Below, piece after piece: positions 46,789-55,474 of a stretch of 64,000 bases of DNA. Under the pieces are notes generated by a model. That model ran no database searches, was not told where the DNA came from, and saw nothing but the letters and a program-made list of their open reading frames with translations. Source of the DNA: a virus; IMG/VR virus record IMGVR_UViG_3300027792_000013, positions 1 to 64,000 of that record. One strand, given 5' to 3'. Both the position numbers and the translations under genes were made by a program. Numbering within the stretch: position 1 is the stretch's first letter; the number at the start of each line of letters is the position of its first letter.

Positions 46789-48642
46789 TTAACCGTCCTT
46801 TCTACAATTTTTACAATATGCTATATCACCATTTTTTATAGCATTTCTAAGTTTAGTATATCTATCTCCGTTCCAAATCTCCTCGAAACTCTGTTTAAAA
46901 ATATTTCCCATAATCATTTTGGACCAACAGCAAGGAGTAACCACACCCTTAGAATTAATAAAAAATTTAGTATAAACCCAGTCACAATTTTTTATTTGTT
47001 CAGATAAGTTTTGAACTCTTTGAGTTGATCCAACTTGGGTATCAAAGTTAAAAATGTTAAATTGAGCTCCGATTTTTTCCGCATATGCTTTCCATTCAAT
47101 AATTTTAGTACGATTTTCCAGAGTATCTTTAATAATTAAATCCGGTGTATATGTTAGAGTTGGGGTCAATCCTAAACATGAAATATTTTTGTTGTAGTGT
47201 TTTGCCAATCTAATAAAACTAGGAACCTCATCAAAATTGTAGGCATTCATAACAAATGAAAAATACAAAGTCTTTTTGTATTGTTTGACGAATTCATTAA
47301 TGTTATATAAAACAACTTCTAATCCATCAACCCCCATTAACTGCTTATAAGTATGTTTGTTCAATGAATTCAATGAAACTACAACTTCATCAACAGTAGA
47401 ATTATAAATTAAATTACGATTTTTTTCATTCAGCAAATAACCATTTGTTACAAATCGAATAGGAACATTTTTATCTGATAATTTTTTAATAATATTTTCA
47501 AAATCCGGATGAGCTAAAATTTCACCATAGCCGGTAATATCAACCATTCTGGCATATTCTAAAAGGGAATCTATCCCTTTTATATCATTTAATGTTATAG
47601 TTCTTCTTTCATTTGGTTGCATTTTAGGATTATGACAAAACACACATTTGTAAATACATTTCGTGGTTAATTCCAAAAATAAATCTATACTTTTTGTTTT
47701 CATAACATGCTCCATAATTTTACCCAAAATCGTATTTTTGTAATCTAAAAAATTATTATAATCTACGTGATTTAAAAATACTTGAGAATCCGGAAATCCA
47801 GCATACCAATGAATCCCAATTGTTTTGCTAGTAAAATTTAGCTGAGATCTAATTAAAAAAAGTTCAGGAATCTGTTTATGTGTATGATATGGGTAAACAG
47901 TCATCATATCAATATTACCAACAACGCAATTTTGAAATCTCTTTTGTATTTCAGCCGGGGAACTAAACTCTTTGTTTAAAAGTTCAGATCCATGAGTTTG
48001 ATAACTATTAAAATTTATTTTGGTTCTAATAGCTTTTTGGTGGATGTATGTATAGTATTGATTTTTTGGTGAACTTAACATAAATCCGATGCTATGATAT
48101 GTATCTTTACCATTATCATTTATACTAACTATAGTATCAATATTTGCGTTTTCCGGCGAATTTAAATGCAACTCATTCATTGATCGAAAATATAAGATAT
48201 CCATATCTGACCACAACCCACCTACATTTGATAGGATGTCCCAACGTAAATAATCAGATTTTATTACCTCGGGTATTTCCCTGGGATCTTCTATATTTGG
48301 AATGTTAACATCTAATTCAAAAAATTTCAGTGGGAGTTTTCTCAATAAAAACATATAGTCATTGTTTAAATTTCTTTCAAACTTATGCTCAAATGTTGTC
48401 CATGTTTTTTTCTCACTTAATGTCAAAGGTGAATAAAATCTAATTTCCCAATCCGGATTGTATTTCATAAACGAAAACACTGTTAAATATTTTAAAAAAG
48501 GCAGAGTTTTAGCTCCCCAATAAAAATGAACTATTTTAGGAATTTTTTTCAAATACCACTCATATTTAGTTATTTTTTGGTATTCTGAAAGTCTCCATAA
48601 ATTCATATTTTGTTCGTTACGAATGGAATTCAAATCAAGCAT
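46789..48642 (-). CDS. GT32-like glycosyltransferase fused to a radical SAM/SPASM domain
   Basis: IPKIVHFYW, SDYLRW.IL...GG.WSDMD (DxD); then CIYKCVFC and SPASM CC...C..C. Confidence 0.85.
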   Translation of the reverse strand: MLDLNSIRNEQNMNLWRLSEYQKITKYEWYLKKIPKIVHFYWGAKTLPFLKYLTVFSFMKYNPDWEIRFYSPLTLSEKKTWTTFEHKFERNLNNDYMFLLRKLPLKFFELDVNIPNIEDPREIPEVIKSDYLRWDILSNVGGLWSDMDILYFRSMNELHLNSPENANIDTIVSINDNGKDTYHSIGFMLSSPKNQYYTYIHQKAIRTKINFNSYQTHGSELLNKEFSSPAEIQKRFQNCVVGNIDMMTVYPYHTHKQIPELFLIRSQLNFTSKTIGIHWYAGFPDSQVFLNHVDYNNFLDYKNTILGKIMEHVMKTKSIDLFLELTTKCIYKCVFCHNPKMQPNERRTITLNDIKGIDSLLEYARMVDITGYGEILAHPDFENIIKKLSDKNVPIRFVTNGYLLNEKNRNLIYNSTVDEVVVSLNSLNKHTYKQLMGVDGLEVVLYNINEFVKQYKKTLYFSFVMNAYNFDEVPSFIRLAKHYNKNISCLGLTPTLTYTPDLIIKDTLENRTKIIEWKAYAEKIGAQFNIFNFDTQVGSTQRVQNLSEQIKNCDWVYTKFFINSKGVVTPCCWSKMIMGNIFKQSFEEIWNGDRYTKLRNAIKNGDIAYCKNCRKDG

Positions 48643-50872
48643 TTTTAGCGTCTCTCATTTGAATCAATTTAGATGTCATTTCGTGAACATATTTCATTCC
48701 TTCTCTTTGTAATTTAGCCGATAAATTAAATGGATGTCTACGATGCCATCCACAAACTTTGGGTAAATATGCGAATCTAACACCATTTAAAACCATTCTA
48801 CAAAACATATCATGGTCTTCACAGGGAGTCAGTTGCCAATCACCAACATTTATTCTAGCATGTTTTCGCCACAACCAAATTACCCCGATATTATATCGTT
48901 CAAAAAATTTATGTGGATTCCATTCCATGTTCACTTCTTCATTATAATTTTTTCTTCGTTTTTCAATTAACCCAGTTTCATCCATTACACCAATTTCACA
49001 GCAAGTGTAAACAAAATCAATTTCGGGATGTGTATCAAGAAACATTACCATTTCTCTAAGTGCTTGAGTATAGTACTTATTATCACTGGCTATCCAGGTT
49101 TCGTATTCACCTTTACATACACTAAAACCAACATTAAGGGCACTTCCTGTACCACCGTTTTCTTTATGGATAATTTTTATTCTTGAATCCCTGATGTTGT
49201 CAATAATATTTTTTGTCTCATCCGTTGAACCATCATTTACAATGATCAATTCAAAATCTCTAAATGATTGATCTAAAACACTTCTGATTGATTCTTTGAT
49301 ATATTTAGATTGATTGAAAGTTGGCATTACAATTGAAACTTTTGGTTCTCCTTTTGTTGTATTTGTTGGCAAATGCATAATCATTCCCTTTCGTGTCATT
49401 CTTGAAGTTTGATAATGTTCAATTACAGATTCGTTAATACCTTTCATCAAATCAAAAATTTTTGTATATTCTGGTGGCAGTTTATAAACTTTAATATCAG
49501 GAAAAGCATTGACGACCTCTTGTAGATTTGTTTGTTCATTGCATTCGCTGGTATTAAGTTTTTCATTGTTTTTTTCAATCCATCTGTCAAATACAAATCT
49601 TCCTCTGTCGGTGTTTTTTACAAAAAGTGTTCCACTCAATAACTCAGTTCCATTTCTATAATGAGCGGCTAGATCACAATCAGTCAATTTAGTAAATAAG
49701 ATCGGATAAGTTTGAACTACGGCATCAGCATCAATCCAAACAATATCTTTTCCTCTATGTTTGTCCATCATTTCTCTAATAAAAGCTGCTTTGTAATATG
49801 AATTTATTCTCCAGTTCTTCCTAACTGTTGAGGGGTCATTAAGAGGTGCATAGTTTCCACTTAAAATCTTTTTGATGTCATAATCAATCCCAAATCTATT
49901 AAGCGATTCTATTAAGTTTTTAACGTTTTCTTCGTAAATTGTAGCTTCGGTAAAATAGGAAACCACTATAAATTTATTGGGGATATTAAATTCAAGTTTG
50001 TTATAATCAATAAAATCAAAACAACGAAGACGGGATTTTTCATTTGTATTAAATATTTTAAATCCCTCTTTTTTATATGTATTAGCAACTATCTCAAATT
50101 GTTTTACGTAATCCAATAAAACATTTTCATTTAGATTTGCTAGAGGATATCCGGCATGGTGATGAGTTTTTTCTGGTTCAACATAAAAGTCATAGCCTAA
50201 CAAATAGATTGGATTAGCGCCTAAAGCTAGAGCCAAAGACAATCCAGAAAATCCACTACAATTACCGCCAAAAATTCCTTTAGAAAGATCTAGACTCAAA
50301 CCATGGGGCCCTAAGTATGGAATTGTATATACTTCAGGACCGAACGGATAGTCATGAGTATCTAACCACGTTTTAAGTCCTTTATACTGATTGTATAATG
50401 CCTGATTTTCCGGTCCTAGTTTTGAAGCCTGAATCCATCTATAAAATCTTGAGTCACAACTATGCATAATTGGAGCAAACATGCAGGTTTCAAAACTACG
50501 ATTTAAAGCAATTATTTTTTCTGATTTTAATTTTGATATTTCTAATTGACTAACACTTGTACCACCACCAATAATAAAACATCTTTGATTTTTCCAAGCT
50601 CCACTTGTCATTATGTCACTTAAAAGTTTCTTTTTATTTGGTTGTGGTACCGGCGAAGATGATTTTGGTTTATTTACATTTTGTCTATGAGCATCTAAAT
50701 GTTTTTGCGAAACTATTGGTTGTTGTCCTGGTCTAGCTAGCATATTTTTGTATCGTAAATCTAGCCCTTCTGGTAAATTTGTGTTAATACCTACCTTAAT
50801 TTTATAAACCTTTTTTTCCGACGTTACTTCTAAATTCCATGGAGTTCCCAATAAATTAATATAGTCGGCCAT
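48635..50872 (-). CDS. Multidomain glycosyltransferase: Maf/DUF115-like domain, GT-A (WIDAD) and GT2
   Basis: CFIIGGG.S..IIALN...SG...L.LA..LGANPIYLLGYD; YKA.FI...IVWIDADA; KVSIVMPTFN...SVL.Q.F.DFELIIVNDGSTD. Confidence 0.85.
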   Translation of the reverse strand: MADYINLLGTPWNLEVTSEKKVYKIKVGINTNLPEGLDLRYKNMLARPGQQPIVSQKHLDAHRQNVNKPKSSSPVPQPNKKKLLSDIMTSGAWKNQRCFIIGGGTSVSQLEISKLKSEKIIALNRSFETCMFAPIMHSCDSRFYRWIQASKLGPENQALYNQYKGLKTWLDTHDYPFGPEVYTIPYLGPHGLSLDLSKGIFGGNCSGFSGLSLALALGANPIYLLGYDFYVEPEKTHHHAGYPLANLNENVLLDYVKQFEIVANTYKKEGFKIFNTNEKSRLRCFDFIDYNKLEFNIPNKFIVVSYFTEATIYEENVKNLIESLNRFGIDYDIKKILSGNYAPLNDPSTVRKNWRINSYYKAAFIREMMDKHRGKDIVWIDADAVVQTYPILFTKLTDCDLAAHYRNGTELLSGTLFVKNTDRGRFVFDRWIEKNNEKLNTSECNEQTNLQEVVNAFPDIKVYKLPPEYTKIFDLMKGINESVIEHYQTSRMTRKGMIMHLPTNTTKGEPKVSIVMPTFNQSKYIKESIRSVLDQSFRDFELIIVNDGSTDETKNIIDNIRDSRIKIIHKENGGTGSALNVGFSVCKGEYETWIASDNKYYTQALREMVMFLDTHPEIDFVYTCCEIGVMDETGLIEKRRKNYNEEVNMEWNPHKFFERYNIGVIWLWRKHARINVGDWQLTPCEDHDMFCRMVLNGVRFAYLPKVCGWHRRHPFNLSAKLQREGMKYVHEMTSKLIQMRDAKNA

Positions 50873-50888
50873 AATAGTTCCTTATTTT

Positions 50889-51440
50889 TTAAATTTTGCA
50901 TATCATCTCTTTTGTAATATATTGATTTTTAGACAACTCATAAATGGGAATTCCAAACACCGTCTCTTTGGGAATTAAATTTTCAATTAGTTCAAACTCT
51001 GAATTCTCAAAAAAGTATTCGTGTATGCCACAAACAAATTTATATGAACCTCTTGGTATGATATCAGAACTCAAAGTTTGTTCAAATAGAATCTGATAGC
51101 GATTTCTATTCAAATAGGCATCCAGTTCCGGATATGTTTTTCGTACTTCAGAAACTGTTGTTTTAAAAATTTCATCACTTGAGTATTCTTTGAGTAAGTA
51201 CAAAGTTGAAAGTATAGCCGCTGCCCGTGATTCACCAACTAATAAATTAATTGTTATTTTTAATTTGCGAATCATTTTTTCGAAGATTCCCAAGGCGTTT
51301 TTTTCATGAGTTAAAACTGGTTGTCTGATAATTTGTCCGGTTTGATCGATTAGACCTAATTCGAAGGCATCCCAATCTTTAAATGGTCTTGCCAATAGAT
51401 CCGCAAATTTATAAGCTAGAAATGCGCTTACAATACTCAT
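50889..51440 (-). CDS. Conserved T4-like phage hypothetical protein (possibly virion)
   Basis: YKF..LL..PF.DWDAFELG.ID..G motif recalled from T4-like phages. Confidence 0.55.
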   Translation of the reverse strand: MSIVSAFLAYKFADLLARPFKDWDAFELGLIDQTGQIIRQPVLTHEKNALGIFEKMIRKLKITINLLVGESRAAAILSTLYLLKEYSSDEIFKTTVSEVRKTYPELDAYLNRNRYQILFEQTLSSDIIPRGSYKFVCGIHEYFFENSEFELIENLIPKETVFGIPIYELSKNQYITKEMICKI

Positions 51441-51643
51441 TTGTTTCCCAATAGACTCCTATATAATTCAGAAACTGTTTTATTTTTCCAGTCATCATAG
51501 TTAAATTTTGGGTTTAAAATATATAGGGCATCACTAGGAAATTCATCGTCTTCAAATACTCGTTGTAATTTTTGTGAGGATTTCTTTTTTGTATAGATCT
51601 CAAATTTTGATAACGCACTGAAATAATCACCAAATGTTTTCAT
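51437..51643 (-). CDS. Small hypothetical late protein
   Basis: MKTF.DY start, GAGG RBS, late promoter upstream. Confidence 0.5.
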   Translation of the reverse strand: MKTFGDYFSALSKFEIYTKKKSSQKLQRVFEDDEFPSDALYILNPKFNYDDWKNKTVSELYRSLLGNK

Positions 51644-51652
51644 TAGAACCTC

Positions 51653-51666
51653 TGATTGTATTTATA
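51653..51666 (-). promoter_or_regulatory. Late promoter TATAAATACAATCA
   Basis: 14-bp exact match to the gp4 promoter at 877-890; intergenic. Confidence 0.7.
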
Positions 51667-51675
51667 AAAATACAA

Positions 51676-52065
51676 TCATTTTCTCGTATCGTTAGATTCT
51701 AACCAAAACAAAAAATTTCTTGACATTCTATTACTAATTTTTATATCAAAAAAATAATAGACAAGACTACAAAAATGTTCGTATACTGCTTCTGATTCAC
51801 TAAAATATTCTACGGCTATATATGACAAGCTCTGAGAACCGAAAACATTTTTTATTAAAACGAATAAGTTATAAATCACTAAAAACTGAACATTGCCTTT
51901 GCTTATATGTTGTTTTATAGCTTTTCTTAGCTTTGAAATCTTGTTGAAATCTTCATTAAATTCCGTAAGTTTGTTACCATTTGAATTCTCGTAGAGATTC
52001 AATAAATTGATGTCAATTTCAGTAGCATTTAACTTCTTTTTTAAACTAAATATTAGGTTTGACAT
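51676..52065 (-). CDS. Conserved T4-like phage hypothetical protein
   Basis: EF.EDF.KI...I.N....I.NVFG pattern. Confidence 0.55.
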   Translation of the reverse strand: MSNLIFSLKKKLNATEIDINLLNLYENSNGNKLTEFNEDFNKISKLRKAIKQHISKGNVQFLVIYNLFVLIKNVFGSQSLSYIAVEYFSESEAVYEHFCSLVYYFFDIKISNRMSRNFLFWLESNDTRK

Positions 52066-52067
52066 TT

Positions 52068-53429
52068 TTAACCATCAAAATTAAAGTCATATTTTTTTAC
52101 TGTAGATTCTTTATTTGGTGATTGTGGTAAATCAGCTGTAATGCCACCTTCAATATCATAATGGGTCATGTTATCATTATTTATACCAACCATGAATTTT
52201 CTTGTAGCTTTTTCAATACCAAACAATCTATTTTTCAAAATTTTTATAACTAATTGATTTTCATCAATCATACTTTCGGTTCCTATAATTGCTGCCATTA
52301 AATCCGCGGTAGCATTTATACCAGCTGATTCTGCTACTGCACTTTGTAAAACATCCGTGGTATCCCATCCATTTCTATTCAATTGAGATGCGCTTAACAT
52401 AATGGTATTGGTTTCGACACAAAGTTCTCGTAATTCTTCACAAATACTTTTTATAAACAAATACATCCCCTGTTTAATTTCAACTTTAAACGATCTGATA
52501 ATATTCAAATAATCTACAGTAATAATGTCGGGTTTGAAGTTCTCTTTCAGTTCTAAATCTCGTAATAACACTCTAAAATTTTCTGTAGTTACCCCCCCGG
52601 TTGGGAACTCATGAATTTTTAGTTTTCCATATGATTTTTGTTTCAACCCATTTATTTTAAATTCATATTTATCTTTTTCAACTGTTTGAAATGAATTAAT
52701 AGGCATTTCAAGTAAATTAGCATCAAATCTTTTTCTAACTGTAAACTCATCTAACTCCATTGTGAAATAAATTACATTTAATCCCTGTCGAATATAATTG
52801 GCGCTCAAATCAACTAAAAGTCTGGATTTGCCCACATTCGGCATACCAAGAAAAATTATTAATTTTTTTCGTTCTAAACCACCTCCAGTGGCTCGATTAA
52901 ATCCGCCCAAATTTGTAGGATATTTTGTGGCTTCGTTATGATAATAATCAAATGCTTTTTCTGAGTCTCTAAAATAATCATGTCCCTGTGGAATATTAAA
53001 TCCAACTCTAAGAGCTTCTTGTAGTATTGTTGGAATGCTTTCAACCATTCCCTTTTTAGCTTTATCAAATATTCCTATGGAATCCAATAAGGCGTTATAG
53101 ATTGCTCTTGTTCTGCACCAACCCTCAGCTTCCGTAACCAACCAATTTTCATCTATCTCTTCTGTTGGGGATTCCAACAATTGTAGTTTTGCCAGTATAG
53201 CATCTAGTTGAGACTGGCTCAAAGATTTATCTTTTTCTTTAAAATATATCTTTAAAATTGTAAAACTTGGAGATTTTCGATATTGTCTAAAAAATGAAAT
53301 AATGGCACTACAAACCTTTTGGTCTTCGAATGATTCAAAATATTTTGGTTCAATAAAATATAAGATTTTATCTCTAATATTTTGTTTACATAAAATATTT
53401 TTGAGGATTAAATCACTTAATAGCATCAT
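52068..53429 (-). CDS. gp41: Replicative DNA helicase (T4 gp41)
   Basis: G.PNVGKS Walker A, YFTME, IHEFPTG, VDYLNI, ICEELR, SQLNR.G, ESAG..ATAD, KNR. Confidence 0.95.
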   Translation of the reverse strand: MMLLSDLILKNILCKQNIRDKILYFIEPKYFESFEDQKVCSAIISFFRQYRKSPSFTILKIYFKEKDKSLSQSQLDAILAKLQLLESPTEEIDENWLVTEAEGWCRTRAIYNALLDSIGIFDKAKKGMVESIPTILQEALRVGFNIPQGHDYFRDSEKAFDYYHNEATKYPTNLGGFNRATGGGLERKKLIIFLGMPNVGKSRLLVDLSANYIRQGLNVIYFTMELDEFTVRKRFDANLLEMPINSFQTVEKDKYEFKINGLKQKSYGKLKIHEFPTGGVTTENFRVLLRDLELKENFKPDIITVDYLNIIRSFKVEIKQGMYLFIKSICEELRELCVETNTIMLSASQLNRNGWDTTDVLQSAVAESAGINATADLMAAIIGTESMIDENQLVIKILKNRLFGIEKATRKFMVGINNDNMTHYDIEGGITADLPQSPNKESTVKKYDFNFDG

Positions 53430-53447
53430 GTATATTTTAAATGGTTT

Positions 53448-53780
53448 TTATTGAAAACTTATAGGAGATTTTTCAATATTTGGATATGACATAATCACTT
53501 TTGGTATTTCCTCTTCTAAATTTGTAGACTTTAAAATTATTTTTTGAAGTTTTTTTGAAAGATACTCAAGAAATTCTTCTACAATTTTATCTTCGTATAT
53601 ACAATAAATTTTTAATTTATTAACAGTTGAATCATAAGTTATACCATGAAAAAATAGAAATATATCTCCAATTTTATACATTCTGTTTTCAGCATAAATA
53701 ATGGATTCGGTTTTATTTGAAGGTTTGAAACTTGCGATCCACTTATCTATTTTATTCGTCTTCATTGTTTGATTCCGCAT
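53448..53780 (-). CDS. Hypothetical protein (T4 gp40 position)
   Basis: Lies between uvsX and gp41; positional evidence only. Confidence 0.45.
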   Translation of the reverse strand: MRNQTMKTNKIDKWIASFKPSNKTESIIYAENRMYKIGDIFLFFHGITYDSTVNKLKIYCIYEDKIVEEFLEYLSKKLQKIILKSTNLEEEIPKVIMSYPNIEKSPISFQ

Positions 53781-54975
53781 CTATTACAGTTTCGTTATTA
53801 ATTTGAGCTTCATCGGAATTTAAAACCTCTTCGGCTACATCCTTTCCCCCAATTTCGTTTAGTTTCTCCTCGTCAATCATATCCTGGATATTTTTTAATT
53901 CGTCTTCTGCCATTGATTTTTCTAATGCTTCATCAACTTGTTCTTTTCCATAAGAAAATACTATTTGAGCTTCTTTATCTAATAGATCTAAAATTTCCTT
54001 GGTAAAACAAACTTGGGGATTTTCGTCTATCTCATTTGGGAAATATCTTTCTCCGTTGGGAAAAATAATTTTTCTGCCTTCCTTTTTCAATATTCCACTT
54101 TCGAGCCCCAAATCAGTTAGCCCATAAAATCTATCAAGTCCTCTGGAAAATGATAGTCTCATTTGAATCGTTGAGTATTGTTTGGCTGAACTCCTAGTTT
54201 TTTCAGCTTTGGCAGTTAAAATCAGACCCGAAATTGTATTAGTAGCAGTTTTTTCAACTTTGGGAAATAAACAAACAATAAAACTACTGGCATAAGTTAA
54301 TCCAGTACCACCACTAATATTGCTTTTAGTACTAAAAGGATTCGCTGGATTATCATAAGTGTGTGATGTAACAATCATCGGGAACTTTAAAAATCCCAAC
54401 TCAATTGTTAGTAACCTGAAAATTCCTTTTACTAGCTTAGCTCTTAGTCCCATATCCATTTTATTTTTATCATCTAGACTATCTTTGATTTCTTTTTCGC
54501 TAACCATCATTCCTAAAGAATCTAAAACGAATAGAAATCGAGGGTTTGGGTTATTCGGAGCCTTGTTTGCTTCCCTATCAGCCTTTATAATTTCCAGCAT
54601 TTGCATTGTTTGATTTCGGTAATCCTCGATTGATTTTACAGGGCTATGCAAAACTCTGTTGGAATCCAATCCCAATTCGATAATTGTCTTTTTTTCCAAC
54701 GCATTTTCACTGTCACTGTAAATTACATAATTGTTTGGGTCTAGATTTAACCAGCTTTTACAGATATGTAAACTTAAAAATGATTTTCCGCAGGAATAAG
54801 ATCCAGCTAGTCCAACAATCCGATTTGTTGGGAATCCACCAAAAATAGAACCAGATAGTAGAGCATTGAACATATAACTTCCGGTATCAATTGTTTCAGT
54901 AATATCGCTTAACATTCCATCATAAGCGATATTCGAAAAAGGATTAATTCTTTTGAGTTTCTTTAACAAATCCAT
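53752..54975 (-). CDS. uvsX: RecA-like recombinase UvsX
   Basis: DTGSY.FNALLSGSI.GG.P, AG..SCGKS, DSE.A, DSLGM, SGG.G..YA. Confidence 0.95.
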   Translation of the reverse strand: MDLLKKLKRINPFSNIAYDGMLSDITETIDTGSYMFNALLSGSIFGGFPTNRIVGLAGSYSCGKSFLSLHICKSWLNLDPNNYVIYSDSENALEKKTIIELGLDSNRVLHSPVKSIEDYRNQTMQMLEIIKADREANKAPNNPNPRFLFVLDSLGMMVSEKEIKDSLDDKNKMDMGLRAKLVKGIFRLLTIELGFLKFPMIVTSHTYDNPANPFSTKSNISGGTGLTYASSFIVCLFPKVEKTATNTISGLILTAKAEKTRSSAKQYSTIQMRLSFSRGLDRFYGLTDLGLESGILKKEGRKIIFPNGERYFPNEIDENPQVCFTKEILDLLDKEAQIVFSYGKEQVDEALEKSMAEDELKNIQDMIDEEKLNEIGGKDVAEEVLNSDEAQINNETVIDAESNNEDE

Positions 54976-54977
54976 TG

Positions 54978-55463
54978 TTATTCTCCTTCTACATATAGAT
55001 GCACTTTATTTGTTTTGCTAATTGTTATTTTCAATGTGATTAAATCTTTATCTTTCCACAAAATTTCATCAAAGCTATGAAATAATTTCAATAGTTTTTT
55101 GAATTCAGTTTTTTGATAATTAATTGACAAATCAAATGATATTATTTTTTTTTCACTCAATCTTTTTAACTTGTCAATCCAATTTTGTTTGTTTTTAAGT
55201 CTCCACTTAATCAAATATTCTGGATGTTTCTTTCTGTAATTCATAGTTCTTAGTATTATTTTCTCTCTATTTTCCTGATAATATTGTTTCTGTTTATTTC
55301 TAATAGAATCTTTGTTTTGTAAGTAATTTTTTCTAGCATATTTTTTTTGATATCCCTTTACTTTATCTTTATTTGTTTTTGCCCACTTCTTTGTATATTT
55401 GTTTATCGCTTCTCTATTTTTATGGACCCGCTTATGCTTTTTTAATTTTTGTTTGTCTTCCAA
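54978..55463 (-). CDS. Basic helical hypothetical protein
   Basis: Lys/Tyr-rich repeats (KQYYQENREKI); TTG start after GAGGTG. Confidence 0.5.
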   Translation of the reverse strand: MEDKQKLKKHKRVHKNREAINKYTKKWAKTNKDKVKGYQKKYARKNYLQNKDSIRNKQKQYYQENREKIILRTMNYRKKHPEYLIKWRLKNKQNWIDKLKRLSEKKIISFDLSINYQKTEFKKLLKLFHSFDEILWKDKDLITLKITISKTNKVHLYVEGE

Positions 55464-55474
55464 TTGTCACCTCT

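Noticed and set aside
54978-55463. Homing endonuclease between gp43 and uvsX
   Set aside because: It has the basic helical repeats seen in some HNH genes but no HNH, GIY-YIG or LAGLIDADG motif
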